Source of the DNA: a virus
DNA: 64,000 bases
Virus record (IMG/VR): IMGVR_UViG_3300044899_000017
Coordinates: 1-64,000 of that record
Reading direction: 5' to 3' (one strand)
Shown here: positions 1 to 9,350 of the stretch, piece after piece
Layout: each line of letters starts with the position of its first letter
Numbering within the stretch: the first letter of the stretch is position 1
The notes under the pieces: generated by a model
The model's database searches: none
What the model saw: only the letters and a program-made list of their open reading frames with translations
What the model was told of the DNA's origin: nothing
Position numbers and translations under genes: made by a program

Positions 1-138
1 CGGACGTGGCGGGGCTGATCGGCCGCATCCGGGGCTTCGACGAGGCGGCGCGGTCGTGCGGCGTGGCGAAGCTCGTGTGCGTCGCGGTCGGCCACGTGCC
101 CGAGGGTCACGTGCCAGCCGAGGGGCCGCGCTCGCGGC

Positions 139-585
139 GTGCGCGCGGTGCGGCGAGCGCGTCGAGGAGGACGGCTCTTGACGGCCTCGGAGCGGTGGGG
201 CCGCTCGACGCCGGACACGCTCGTCACGGACGACGCCGTGGTGGCCGCGGTCGCGAAGTACCACGAGAACCGGGACGGCTCGTCGTTCGGCTTCGAGTTC
301 GGCGGGAACGTGTGGGCCGAGGTCCGGCTGCTCGCGCACGACCTGAACACGCGGTGGGGCCGCGTGAACGGAATCTGCCGCAGGATGGTCGAGGCGGGCC
401 GGCTCGTGCAGGCGCCGGGCGGCGGCTCGTTCTTCAAGCTCGCCGAGGGGGAGAAGCGCACGCGCGCCGCGGCGGCGAAGCGGGCGCAGCTCGCGCGGAC
501 CCGCGAGGCCGAGACGGCGGACGAGTACGTGCCGAAGCGCGTCGGCGAGCTGCACCGGCCGATACGTGCCCGGCTGCTCGGGTAG
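139..585 (+). CDS. hypothetical protein (possible winged-helix)
   Basis: ORF with GC3-rich codon usage; start uncertain. Confidence 0.6.
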   Translation: MRAVRRARRGGRLLTASERWGRSTPDTLVTDDAVVAAVAKYHENRDGSSFGFEFGGNVWAEVRLLAHDLNTRWGRVNGICRRMVEAGRLVQAPGGGSFFKLAEGEKRTRAAAAKRAQLARTREAETADEYVPKRVGELHRPIRARLLG

Positions 586-595
586 CATCGCCGGC

Positions 596-739
596 GTGGC
601 GCACCACCGGCGACATCGACCGAAGTCCACGCGCGGCGGATGCCTGCTGTGCAAGCCGCAGAAGCGGCAGGGCGTGAAGGGCGGCGACCGCCGGCGCCGC
701 GAGCGCGAGGCGCGCCGGCATGAAGAGCGCGCGGCCTAG
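596..739 (+). CDS. small basic CxxC protein (MAHHRRHRPKSTRGGCLLCKPQKR...), probably leaderless
   Basis: 47-aa ORF read by hand (absent from ORF track); TAGCAT -10 at 583-588, 7 nt before GTG. Confidence 0.7.
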   Translation: MAHHRRHRPKSTRGGCLLCKPQKRQGVKGGDRRRREREARRHEERAA

Positions 740-1082
740 CGCGACCGTCGCGGCTCGGGCCTCGTGGGCGGACGAGGGGACGTGGTGGGACGAAGTGCCG
801 TGCGCGGCGCAGCGGTGCGTCGTCGAAGTGCTGAACCCGCAGGGTGACGGAGCGCCGGCGCCGGCGACGTGGTACGCGGAGCTGATCGGGCAGGTGCGGC
901 CGGCGGTCGAGGTCGTGGTGCCCGCCGGCGTGTCCGGGAAGACCGCGGGCCGGCCGGGGCACCTCCTCTACATCGACGACGAGGGCGGGTGGGGCTGGCA
1001 GAAGGTCACGTGGAAGCGCGGCCACCGCGGCGTCGTGTCGGGCGTGTACCACCGCGTGCGCGTCCTCGACTACCTCGACTGA
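720..1082 (+). CDS. hypothetical protein
   Basis: ORF, coding-like composition; start uncertain. Confidence 0.65.
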   Translation: MKSARPSATVAARASWADEGTWWDEVPCAAQRCVVEVLNPQGDGAPAPATWYAELIGQVRPAVEVVVPAGVSGKTAGRPGHLLYIDDEGGWGWQKVTWKRGHRGVVSGVYHRVRVLDYLD

Positions 1083-1173
1083 GGGGGAACTTTCCGCACG
1101 TTGCGGGGATCGCTCGTGCGGCGCCGGCGCGCGAGGCGTACCGTCGAGCCGTTAGCTACCAGAGGAGGAGTCG

Positions 1174-1434
1174 ATGCTCGACTTCGAGGCAAGGCAAGAG
1201 GCGAAGGCGGAAGTCATCCGCCGGGAGGGCGACGCGCGTTCGCGCATCGACCCGCACGGCGATCACGAGCCGAACGAGGCGACGGACCTCGCGTGGCAGA
1301 CGTGGCTGTCGCTGACGGCCGACCTGCAAGACCTCGGCTTCTCGCCGAACACGATGTGCGACGCCGCGGGCAGCATCGCCGCGGTGCGCGCGGAGTTCGA
1401 GACGAAGGCCGGGCGCGAGGCGCCGGCGCGGTAG
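1174..1434 (+). CDS. hypothetical protein
   Basis: strong SD GAGGAGGAG before ATG. Confidence 0.8.
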   Translation: MLDFEARQEAKAEVIRREGDARSRIDPHGDHEPNEATDLAWQTWLSLTADLQDLGFSPNTMCDAAGSIAAVRAEFETKAGREAPAR

Positions 1435-1457
1435 CTCGCGGCGACTCGTGGAAGTAG

Positions 1458-1490
1458 AGAGGGGCGCTCCTGCGGGGGCGCCCTTCTTCT
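1458..1490 (+). terminator. intrinsic terminator
   Basis: GGGCGCTCC-TGCG-GGGGCGCCC hairpin followed by TTCTTCT. Confidence 0.7.
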
Positions 1491-1518
1491 GTCGGGGGGC
1501 GTGCGTACGCTGCCGTCC

Positions 1519-1677
1519 ATGCCCGAGCCGAAGTCGAAGTCCGTGCAGATCGACGGGCTGAAGGTCCCGAAGGGGACGAAGCAGCCGAAGCTGTGCTGCG
1601 GCGGGATCGGCCGGCACGAGCCGGGATGCCCGAAGCGCGTCGCCGAGCTGGCGAGGTCGGGCAGGTTCGACGACTGA
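1519..1677 (+). CDS. small Cys/His protein, probably leaderless
   Basis: 52-aa ORF MPEPKSK...LCCGGIGRHEPGC read by hand; TACGCT at 1506-1511, 7 nt before ATG; TGATG coupling to next gene. Confidence 0.7.
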   Translation: MPEPKSKSVQIDGLKVPKGTKQPKLCCGGIGRHEPGCPKRVAELARSGRFDD

Positions 1678-1916
1678 TGCACACGCTGTGGGAGAAGCAG
1701 TGGCCGCAGCTCGCCGGCGGCACGAGCATCAGCATCGAGCGCACGCGCACGAGGAATATGCGCGGCGAAGCGAGGTACTTCCTGCTGCTCCTCCTCCGGC
1801 GCCGCTACGTGGGCGACGTGACCGCGGACCACGTGGGCTTCATGCACCGGGGCCGGCTGCCCGTCGGCATCGCGGCGTTCCTCGGCGGGCGGATGCGCGA
1901 GCGGTGGTGGCGGTAG
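1677..1916 (+). CDS. hypothetical protein
   Basis: stop/start overlaps at both ends. Confidence 0.65.
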   Translation: MHTLWEKQWPQLAGGTSISIERTRTRNMRGEARYFLLLLLRRRYVGDVTADHVGFMHRGRLPVGIAAFLGGRMRERWWR

Positions 1917-2362
1917 TGCATCTCGTGTACGACTTCGACATCGTGGGGGGCGCGTACGACGGCGCGCCGGCGCTCGCGTGGATCGACGACGGGAAGCACC
2001 CGTGCCCGCCGGCGATCTACGTCGGCGTGTGCGGCGTCGGGATGGACTGCGGCACGTCGAAGTGCAAGCCGGGCGCGTCGCATATCTCCTATTGGCTGCC
2101 CGACGAGGCCGGCCGGCCGACGACCGCGAAGCCGTACCGGAAGCAGGAGGAGTTCGTGGAACGCGACGACGCCGGCGAGCTGCACGGCCGCGCGGTGTAC
2201 GCGGTCGGCGGGCTGCTCGATCCGTCGAACTTCGGGGAGAAGGCGCGCGTGCCGGCAGGCTTCGAGGTTCCGGGGTTCCCGACGGAGTTCGCGAGTACGC
2301 GTTCGCGCGAGCTGCTGCCCGCGGGCCGGCATGATCAGGGCTGGCCGCGTGGCGCGCGCTGA
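1916..2362 (+). CDS. hypothetical Cys-containing protein
   Basis: TAGTG overlap start; coding-like. Confidence 0.7.
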   Translation: MHLVYDFDIVGGAYDGAPALAWIDDGKHPCPPAIYVGVCGVGMDCGTSKCKPGASHISYWLPDEAGRPTTAKPYRKQEEFVERDDAGELHGRAVYAVGGLLDPSNFGEKARVPAGFEVPGFPTEFASTRSRELLPAGRHDQGWPRGAR

Positions 2363-2531
2363 CGGATGGGTGCCGCCGTGGAAGTCGCCGCCGCATCCGT
2401 GCGCGGCGTGCGGGAACACGGTCGCGAAGTCCACGCTGTCGGATGACGGCCGGTGCGTGACGTGCGTCTCGCGGAAGCGCCATCCGGAGCAGGCCGAGGA
2501 GCCGCTGCCGCTCTTCGAGGCCGAGGCGTGA
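2331..2531 (+). CDS. Zn-ribbon protein
   Basis: CAAC...CVTC. Confidence 0.6.
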   Translation: MIRAGRVARADGWVPPWKSPPHPCAACGNTVAKSTLSDDGRCVTCVSRKRHPEQAEEPLPLFEAEA

Positions 2532-2692
2532 TCGACCCGCTCGGGTTCCTCGTCTCGGGCGTGCGCGTGCTGCTGCGGAAGCTGACGGGCTGGCCGCGCG
2601 AGCGCGGGCCTCGGATGACGCCGCGCGACCTCGGCGGGTTCTCGAACGAAGACATCGACCGGCTGCCGACGCGGCCGAGGAGGAGGAGCTGA
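2528..2692 (+). CDS. hypothetical protein
   Basis: GTGA and TGATG overlaps. Confidence 0.55.
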   Translation: MIDPLGFLVSGVRVLLRKLTGWPRERGPRMTPRDLGGFSNEDIDRLPTRPRRRS

Positions 2693-3045
2693 TGGACGGA
2701 ACGACGACGATAAACGTCGAGCTGCACGAGGAGGGCGGCGAGTACTCGGGCAGGATCAGTGCGACGATGCCGAGTGGCGCGCGCATCGGGGGCAGCATCG
2801 AGGAGGTCCCGCGCGACGTGCTGCCGGGGACGCTCGAAGAGGCGCTGCGCGCGGTGGGCACGCAGCTCGCCGGCTACGCGCTCGGCGGGACGACGCCGGA
2901 GGAGGCGGCGCAGCTCGCGCAAGAGGCGAAGGGTCGCGCGGCGGGAGTGGCCGGCATCTCCGACGACGAGCTGAAGGGCACGGCTCGCGACATCGGGCCG
3001 GTGGCCGACGGCGGGGAGTACCCGAACCTGAAGGGCGGTGCGTGA
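2692..3045 (+). CDS. hypothetical protein
   Basis: SD GGAGGAG, overlap coupling. Confidence 0.75.
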   Translation: MDGTTTINVELHEEGGEYSGRISATMPSGARIGGSIEEVPRDVLPGTLEEALRAVGTQLAGYALGGTTPEEAAQLAQEAKGRAAGVAGISDDELKGTARDIGPVADGGEYPNLKGGA

Positions 3046-3539
3046 TGCCGGGCGATCCGACGCCGGGCCGCATCGTTCTCTACCGCTCGCGCACGGGCTT
3101 CATCACGCCGGCGATCATCGTCGTCGCCGCCGAGAACCTGATGGCCGCGGGCGTCGAGCGCTACCGCGGCACGGGTGGCCGCTACGGCGTGCCGCCGCTG
3201 TCGTCGATGGATCACGTCCATCTCGTCGTCTTCTCGGCAGGGCTGCCCGAGGCGCCGGGCGTCACGTGCCAGCGCTGCGGCGGGCCGATGGGCGTCGGGC
3301 AGGCGGGGGCGGTCGCTGCCGGCACGGAGGCCGAGCCGGGCGGCGTGATGCACGCCGATCCCGCGGACTGCGACGCCGGCGGGCGGATGCTGATGCGCGA
3401 CTCGAACATGGGCGGCACCTTCCGCGAGTGGGACGTGCCGCTGTGGGAGCCGCAGATGACGACGCCGAACGTGCCGGGCGCGCTGCCGACCGCAGCCGAG
3501 CAGGCGAAGGGCACGTGGGCGTGGCCGGTGATCCGCTGA
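3042..3539 (+). CDS. hypothetical phage protein with inserted CxxC...HxxxxxC motif
   Basis: N-terminal PTPGRIVLY and C-terminal GTWAWP resemble a common small phage protein family. Confidence 0.75.
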   Translation: MMPGDPTPGRIVLYRSRTGFITPAIIVVAAENLMAAGVERYRGTGGRYGVPPLSSMDHVHLVVFSAGLPEAPGVTCQRCGGPMGVGQAGAVAAGTEAEPGGVMHADPADCDAGGRMLMRDSNMGGTFREWDVPLWEPQMTTPNVPGALPTAAEQAKGTWAWPVIR

Positions 3540-4054
3540 TGGCGAAGCCGGGCAGTGACGCAGCTCGCGAGCTGAAGGAACTCGGGCAGATGTCGAGGCT
3601 CGCGCACGACCTCGGGCAAGGGAAGCTGCCGGAGGCGTACGCGGACAAGATGCAGGAGCAGGCCGAGGGCCGTCTCGGGATGCGGTGCAGCGGGTGCGGG
3701 GAGCGGATCGTGATCGGCTTCAAGTTCACGCGCATCGAGCCGGTGAACGACGAAGGGCAGCCGACGGTGGACGTGTCCACGCTCGCGGCGTGCGACGGGC
3801 GGCATCCAATCTGCTCGCACTGCGGACGCTCGCGTGCCGACTACGCGGCCGCGAAGGACGCCGGCGAGGAGGTGCCGCTCGCGTGCCCGCACTGCGAGAA
3901 GGAAGTGCCGCCGAAGCAGTGCGACTTCGCGCTTCGGGCGAAGGACGGTTCGACGTGCATGGAGCCGGTCGAGTTCGCGTGGCTCGACGAGGAGCCGGAC
4001 GAGCAGGAGGCCGCGGCCGACGAGCGGGAGAGGCGTGCCGCAGCGTCCGGATGA
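3539..4054 (+). CDS. multi-Zn-ribbon protein
   Basis: CSGC, CSHC, CPHC motifs. Confidence 0.75.
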   Translation: MAKPGSDAARELKELGQMSRLAHDLGQGKLPEAYADKMQEQAEGRLGMRCSGCGERIVIGFKFTRIEPVNDEGQPTVDVSTLAACDGRHPICSHCGRSRADYAAAKDAGEEVPLACPHCEKEVPPKQCDFALRAKDGSTCMEPVEFAWLDEEPDEQEAAADERERRAAASG

Positions 4055-4142
4055 TCCGTACGGCCGGGCGCTGCTAGCGGGGTTCTTCCTGCTGGCGGCG
4101 CTCGCGCTGCTCGTCTTCGGACTCGCGCACGCCGGCGTCTGA
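4035..4142 (+). CDS. small membrane protein
   Basis: single hydrophobic helix ALLAGFFLLAALALLVFGL; GGAGAGG upstream. Confidence 0.5.
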   Translation: MPQRPDDPYGRALLAGFFLLAALALLVFGLAHAGV

Positions 4143-4188
4143 TCATTCCGTTATCGTTCGGGCCTCTACCCGAGTCGAGGAGGACGAG
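4140..4188 (+). promoter_or_regulatory. early promoter/5'UTR cassette copy 1 (degenerate palindrome)
   Basis: TGATCATTCCGTTATCGT, TACCCGAG at 4167, GGAGG, ATG 4189. Confidence 0.75.
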
Positions 4189-4656
4189 ATGGCGGAAGAA
4201 CTTGCCGCGGCGCACGAGCGGCTGACGGCGTTCCTGTACCTGCTGATGCGCGACGAAGTGCCGACCGGTGCTGTCGCCGAGTTCGTCAACCGCGCCGCCG
4301 GCGTCGATGGGCCTAGCTTCGACGCGCCGGAGTTGGCAGCGCTCGCGGGGCGGTACGCGGGGACGCTGCTAGCGCCGTGGGGAGGCGCCGAGCGGGACGA
4401 GGAAGAGGGCGAGGTCGGGCGGGTGCGGATTGTGCAGCCGCACGGCGACCTCTTCGTGGACGAGGAGGGCGACGAGTTCGGGCCGGGCGACCCGATGCTC
4501 GCGTTCTTCGACCTCTTCGACGACCGGATACGGTCGCTCCCGACGTTCGCCGACGCTGTGAACGAGGCCGCGGAGAACGACCGGCCGGTGAACGAGGACA
4601 CTGCCCGCATCGTCGCCGCTCGGGCGCGCGAGCTGGCCGAGACGAAGGGAAGCTGA
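4189..4656 (+). CDS. hypothetical protein
   Basis: SD, follows cassette. Confidence 0.8.
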   Translation: MAEELAAAHERLTAFLYLLMRDEVPTGAVAEFVNRAAGVDGPSFDAPELAALAGRYAGTLLAPWGGAERDEEEGEVGRVRIVQPHGDLFVDEEGDEFGPGDPMLAFFDLFDDRIRSLPTFADAVNEAAENDRPVNEDTARIVAARARELAETKGS

Positions 4657-5117
4657 TGGCCGAAGTGGACGGAGTGCTGAAGGGCCTCGTGGTGGACGAG
4701 TTGCGCCGCGGCTCCGACGCGGGCGACTTCCGCTCGCGGGCGCAGCTACAGCAGGCGTGCGGCGTCGGCGCCGGCGACCTCGGAGCGATCCTCGACTCGC
4801 TCCGTGCCGAGGGCGTGGCGTCGGAGCTGGCGCCCGACGAGTGGGCGCTCGCGGACTCGCCGGCCGCGGGGGGCGAGGCCGCGGCCGTGCCCGAGGTCGA
4901 GGAGGAGGAGCCGGGCCGACCGGGCGGGCAGTGGGAGCCGCCGGAGCTGCCGGGCCGGCCTCGGGTGCCGCGCGTCGAGGGCGAGGAGTCGCGGGTGACG
5001 CTGACGCAGGGCGTCGCCGGCGCGCTCGACGAGCAGGCGCTCGGCGCGCTCGTGAAGGCGGGCATCGACGAGGCGAAGGAAGCCTCGGCGACGTTCGTGT
5101 TCGAGGTCACGCCGTGA
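4656..5117 (+). CDS. putative winged-helix DNA-binding protein
   Basis: SRAQLQQACGVGAGDLGAILDSLRAEG...W wHTH-like pattern. Confidence 0.6.
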   Translation: MAEVDGVLKGLVVDELRRGSDAGDFRSRAQLQQACGVGAGDLGAILDSLRAEGVASELAPDEWALADSPAAGGEAAAVPEVEEEEPGRPGGQWEPPELPGRPRVPRVEGEESRVTLTQGVAGALDEQALGALVKAGIDEAKEASATFVFEVTP

Positions 5118-5509
5118 ACGCGCCGACGCTGCCCGACGGGGCGCCGCCGAGTCTGAGCGTGTGCTACTGCTCGGGCAAGCCGGAGCCGATGATTTCGACG
5201 ATGGTCTTCCCGAAGGCCGAGCTGTATTGCCTCCTCTGCGGCGGGAAGGCGGGCATGTTCGACGCGTTCACGGTGGGGAACACGCCGGAGCTGTGGGCGC
5301 GCTACGAGGAGCTGCGCGCCGAGTGGGACGAACACGCCGCGGGGAAGCTCCTCGGGCGCTTCTGGCGGCGCGACTGCACGCGGTGCGAGAACCGCAACTC
5401 GCGGAACGAGTACCACGAGGATCACGCCACGGACGAAGAGCGCGAGGCGCACACGGCCGCGGTCGCGTGGCTAGAGCAGCGCCGCGGCGTGGCGGGGCTG
5501 GCGTCGTGA
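5114..5509 (+). CDS. Zn-binding hypothetical protein
   Basis: CYC, CLLC, CTRC, HEDH. Confidence 0.7.
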   Translation: MNAPTLPDGAPPSLSVCYCSGKPEPMISTMVFPKAELYCLLCGGKAGMFDAFTVGNTPELWARYEELRAEWDEHAAGKLLGRFWRRDCTRCENRNSRNEYHEDHATDEEREAHTAAVAWLEQRRGVAGLAS

Positions 5510-5688
5510 CGCCGGCACGCCGGCGGGCGCGGCGCACCGTGTACGCGGGCAGCGCCGCCGTGGTGGCGGGGATGCTCGTGCTGGCCGCTGCGGGGCAGGG
5601 CCTCGCGGCGATCATGTACGGGAGCGGCTACGGCGTGGGCCTCGTGGTGCTGGCGCTCGCGGTGGTCGCAGATCGAGGGGAGGCGTAG
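5506..5688 (+). CDS. two-TM membrane protein
   Basis: two hydrophobic segments. Confidence 0.65.
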   Translation: MTPARRRARRTVYAGSAAVVAGMLVLAAAGQGLAAIMYGSGYGVGLVVLALAVVADRGEA

Positions 5689-5931
5689 ATGCAGGTCGAG
5701 GTACGGCTGATGATCCTGTCCGACGACGGGGTGCTGATCATGGGCGCGACGCGGATCGACTTCGTGGTGCCCGGCTCGGACTTCGAGGGCAACATCACGA
5801 AGGCGGCAGCTCGGCTCGCCGACTTGCGCGAGGACGCGGAGAAGTCCGTGAACGGGCAGGTGCGGCAGATGCGCGAGGCGGCGCAGCAGCAGGCCGGCGC
5901 CGATCCGGACCGGCCGGCTCCGGAGCGCTGA
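5689..5931 (+). CDS. hypothetical protein
   Basis: SD GGAGG. Confidence 0.75.
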   Translation: MQVEVRLMILSDDGVLIMGATRIDFVVPGSDFEGNITKAAARLADLREDAEKSVNGQVRQMREAAQQQAGADPDRPAPER

Positions 5932-5934
5932 CGC

Positions 5935-6240
5935 GTGCCGCACACGGTCCACGCGCCGCGGCGCACGACCCGGAACGGGAACGTGATCGCGTGGGACCTG
6001 CTCCGGGCGCAGGCGCGCGGGCTGCGGGTGCAGCTCGTGCTGCGCGACAAAGCGGGCCGGCGGGACGGGTGGGTCGTGCGGACGGAGATAGACCCGGCGC
6101 GCACGGGGAAGAAGCAGTCGAACTCGAACTCGAACCTGATCGTCGTGCTGGCGCAGGCGAACGGGAAGGGCGAGACGGAGGTCGCGGTGAACTCCGTCGC
6201 TCGCGTCCTCTTCGACGACGACGTGGACGACGACGGCTGA
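5935..6240 (+). CDS. hypothetical protein
   Basis: ORF, overlap with next gene. Confidence 0.65.
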   Translation: MPHTVHAPRRTTRNGNVIAWDLLRAQARGLRVQLVLRDKAGRRDGWVVRTEIDPARTGKKQSNSNSNLIVVLAQANGKGETEVAVNSVARVLFDDDVDDDG

Positions 6241-6494
6241 TGCCCGCCGAGTTCGACGACATCGCGCCGGTGCATGAAGCGTTCCGGGAGGCGTTCGCGG
6301 GCCTCGTGACGGAGGTCGAGACGGTGCCCGAGTCGGCGCCGCTCTTCGTGGTGGTGCGGCTCCGGAACGACGACCTCGAACGCGACGTGCAGCTAACGGC
6401 CGAGCAGGTCCGCGACGAGCTGCCGCGCATCGTGCGGCGCGAGCTGAAGACGTGGAGTGCGGCGCTGCGGATGGTGGACCGGGGGCGCGCGTGA
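6240..6494 (+). CDS. hypothetical protein
   Basis: TGATG coupling. Confidence 0.7.
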   Translation: MPAEFDDIAPVHEAFREAFAGLVTEVETVPESAPLFVVVRLRNDDLERDVQLTAEQVRDELPRIVRRELKTWSAALRMVDRGRA

Positions 6495-6721
6495 TCGAGC
6501 TGCGAATGCAGGCCGGCATCGACGCGGCGCTCGCGCTCGCGACGGTGAAGCAGCTCGCCGGCCGCTTCACGGGCGACCACGAGATGACGATCCTCGTCGA
6601 GCGCGACGGCGAGATAAAGCGGACGCTGACGCTCGGGCCGCTGTGGACGTTCGACGGCTCGGACGCGCTGCTGTCGCAACTCGAAGAGTTCGGCGTGCCG
6701 AGACTCGCACACGACCGATAA
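6491..6721 (+). CDS. stand-alone DnaE C-terminal-domain-like protein
   Basis: VKQLAGRFTGDHEMTILV...RTLTLGPLWTFDGSDALLSQLEEFG parallels the actinobacterial Pol III alpha C-terminus as recalled. Confidence 0.6.
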   Translation: MIELRMQAGIDAALALATVKQLAGRFTGDHEMTILVERDGEIKRTLTLGPLWTFDGSDALLSQLEEFGVPRLAHDR

Positions 6722-6769
6722 CCCTGTTATCGTCGCGGGTCTACCCGAGCTGACCACGAGGAGGTCGCT
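6716..6769 (+). promoter_or_regulatory. early promoter/5'UTR cassette copy 2
   Basis: CGATAACCCTGTTATCGT, TACCCGAG at 6742, CACGAGGAGG, GTG 6770. Confidence 0.85.
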
Positions 6770-7465
6770 GTGAAGAAGGCTGATATCAGGCTGGGCGAGG
6801 CGCACGCTGTCGATCCGGGGCGGACGGAGGCGGACGCGTACAAGTTCGGCGGGTCGTGGCCGGTGAAGGCCACGGCGCTAGAGGTCGGCGTGGAGTACGA
6901 CCACTCGGGCGGCTATGGCCGGCCGAACCCGAAGCACGACGGCGTGCGCTGCCGGCTAGAGGAGCCGTTCCGGGCGCAGCGCCGCGGGATCAGCGGGGAC
7001 TCGTTCGAGCAGTGGGAGCCGGGCCGCGAGTTCGTCGTGCCGTCGCGGCTCGTGCTGCGGCTGTGGGAGGCGTGGGATCAGGGCCGCGCGTCGAACGACG
7101 AGCAGCGTGTGCGCGACCGCGCGCTCCGCTACGCGCAGCAGGACTTCGTGCGCGAGGCCGGCGCGCGGCTCGGCCTCGGCGCGGTCGAGCTGAAGGCCGA
7201 CGAAGTGACTATCGACCTCGGGCAGCTCGTGCGGTGGCTGAAGCGGGTCGATCCCGCCGAGGTCGCGAGGTCGGCCATAGACGCGTTCATCGAGGAGGTC
7301 GAGCGCCACGAGCCGTTCGCGGGCCTGACGGACCTCGGGAAGCGTGACGCCGGCGCGGTCGGCTCGGAGCTGGACGCGATGAAGCTCGTCGCGCTGAACG
7401 AGGTCGCCGAGGGCCTAGCCGTGTCCGACGCCGACATCGAGCCGGAGGGAGGGCCGCAGTCGTGA
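6770..7465 (+). CDS. hypothetical protein
   Basis: SD, follows cassette. Confidence 0.8.
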   Translation: MKKADIRLGEAHAVDPGRTEADAYKFGGSWPVKATALEVGVEYDHSGGYGRPNPKHDGVRCRLEEPFRAQRRGISGDSFEQWEPGREFVVPSRLVLRLWEAWDQGRASNDEQRVRDRALRYAQQDFVREAGARLGLGAVELKADEVTIDLGQLVRWLKRVDPAEVARSAIDAFIEEVERHEPFAGLTDLGKRDAGAVGSELDAMKLVALNEVAEGLAVSDADIEPEGGPQS

Positions 7466-7767
7466 CGACGCTGACAGCATGGAACGTCGAGACGCTAGGG
7501 CAGGCCGTGGAGGGCATCACCGGCGAAGGGTCGGCGGCTGTGTCGTGGGCCGACGCCGCCGGCGCTGCCATCTCGCGCGCCGGCCGGAAGAGGAAGCCGC
7601 CGCAGCTCGTGGTCGGCGTGTGCGTGCGCGACGACGACACGGAGGCGCGGGTGCGCGAGCTGCCGGGCTTCGTGCGGCTGTCGTCGCGCGAGGACACGGA
7701 CATCGACGACGAGCCGATCCGCGTGCTGCGCGCGGTCTTCACGAGGGAGGGCGGCGGCGATGCCTGA
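7462..7767 (+). CDS. hypothetical protein
   Basis: GTGA overlap, SD. Confidence 0.7.
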   Translation: MTTLTAWNVETLGQAVEGITGEGSAAVSWADAAGAAISRAGRKRKPPQLVVGVCVRDDDTEARVRELPGFVRLSSREDTDIDDEPIRVLRAVFTREGGGDA

Positions 7768-8461
7768 CACGCTGACACTTCCGAGCGCCCGCGAGGCGGG
7801 CGAGCTGATCGGCGTGCCGGCTGACGAGTGGACGGCGAAGTGCCACGCCATCTCGTCGCTGATCGTGCAGGCCGGGATCGTCGAGGGCAACGTGCGCCGC
7901 GGGTGGTTCATCGGCGAGACGAAGCCGGGCGCGTACTTCCACGGCAGGCCGGCGCAGCACTCGTGGATCGGGATGCCCGACGGCCGCGTGTGCGACCCGA
8001 CGCGGCACGCGTTCGTCGGCGGCGAGCCGGAGCTGTGGATCGGCTCCGACGAGGAGTACGACGTGGGCGGCATGAAGACGCAGGGCCGAGGGGGCGAGCC
8101 TCCGTCGATCTTCGACGACGAGGGCGAGCAGATCGAGCTGAACGTGTCGTCCGTCGGGTACTTCGGCGACCTGCTCGGCATCCCGAGCGAGTTCCGCTCC
8201 GACGGCACGGAGGGGGACGAGGGCGACGACGAGGACGACGCGCCAGCGGGCGACGGGTGGCTGATGATCAGCTTCGGGGTGGCGCACTACCTCGCGAACC
8301 TGCCCGTCTTCGACCGCGAGGGGCCGGGCATCCTCTCGTCGTTCTTCGCGGCCGAGGCGTACGAGGCGCTAGAGGCCGCGGGCCACCGGGCGCTGATCCC
8401 TATCGACCGGTGGGAGTTCGTGATCGAGGAGTCGCGCCGCGCGCGGCAGGGGCGCGGCTGA
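7760..8461 (+). CDS. transglutaminase-like/cysteine-protease-fold protein
   Basis: KCHAIS...QHSWI...VCDPT gives a Cys-His-Asp triad pattern. Confidence 0.6.
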   Translation: MPDTLTLPSAREAGELIGVPADEWTAKCHAISSLIVQAGIVEGNVRRGWFIGETKPGAYFHGRPAQHSWIGMPDGRVCDPTRHAFVGGEPELWIGSDEEYDVGGMKTQGRGGEPPSIFDDEGEQIELNVSSVGYFGDLLGIPSEFRSDGTEGDEGDDEDDAPAGDGWLMISFGVAHYLANLPVFDREGPGILSSFFAAEAYEALEAAGHRALIPIDRWEFVIEESRRARQGRG

Positions 8462-8757
8462 TGGGCGCCATGAACGCGACGGGGTGGGTCGCCGTCGTGT
8501 CGATGGGCGGCGACGTGAACGAGCTGTGGGACCTGCTCGACGAGTTGGGCGACCGCGCGAAGGCGCGCGGCATCGGGAACGGCGGCGTGACGGTTCACTC
8601 GCTGCCGAAGCGCGAGGGCCTGCCGCGGTATTGCGTGCATCCGCTGTCGGAGCGGGACACGGAGGTCCGCGGCGACGACCTCGCGGAGACGCTGCTGAAG
8701 GCGGCGCTGATGGCCGCGGCGCGGCTGCCCGAGGGCGAGCTGTGGAGGCGGGGCTGA
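8461..8757 (+). CDS. hypothetical protein
   Basis: TGATG coupling. Confidence 0.7.
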   Translation: MGAMNATGWVAVVSMGGDVNELWDLLDELGDRAKARGIGNGGVTVHSLPKREGLPRYCVHPLSERDTEVRGDDLAETLLKAALMAAARLPEGELWRRG

Positions 8758-9350
8758 TGCCGCCGCAGGTCACGCCGGAGATGCGCGAGCTGATGGACGA
8801 GACGAGGGCGATGCTCGCCGGCGGGAAGATGGAGCCGGACCTGATCCCGTGGGGCTGGGAGTCGGAAACCGATCCCGAGTTCGCGGGCCTGCGCCGGCCG
8901 AACGAGCAGACGCCGGACTACCTCGGCCGCGTCCTCGCGTGGGCCGGGATGCCGGAGCTGGCCGCGCGCGCTCGGCTCGGGCACTTCGACGACTTCCACG
9001 CGCCGGCCGAGGTCGCCGACGGGATGGAGATAGTGCGGCTCGTCGGCGAGCTGCGGGCCGAGGCGCGGAAGGTGGTGGACTCGGGCGGGAACCGGTACTC
9101 GCCGGATGCGCGGCGGATGCGTGCCGAGCGCGCCGCGCAGATCGAGAACGCCGCGCGCCGCGGCGAGTTCGACGCGACGAAGGCCGAGTCGGATCGGTGG
9201 GCGGCGTCGAAGGGCGCGCAGGAGACGTTCGACGAGCTGCTGCGCGGAGCGGAGAAGACGAGCCGGCGCGTCGAGAAGGTCGGCAGGAACGACCCGTGCC
9301 CGTGCGGCTCGGGCGAGAAGTACAAGCGATGCTGCGGGAGGGGGAGCTGA
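8757..9350 (+). CDS. SEC-C motif-containing protein
   Basis: C-terminal [21 protein letters not shown]. Confidence 0.85.
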   Translation: MPPQVTPEMRELMDETRAMLAGGKMEPDLIPWGWESETDPEFAGLRRPNEQTPDYLGRVLAWAGMPELAARARLGHFDDFHAPAEVADGMEIVRLVGELRAEARKVVDSGGNRYSPDARRMRAERAAQIENAARRGEFDATKAESDRWAASKGAQETFDELLRGAEKTSRRVEKVGRNDPCPCGSGEKYKRCCGRGS

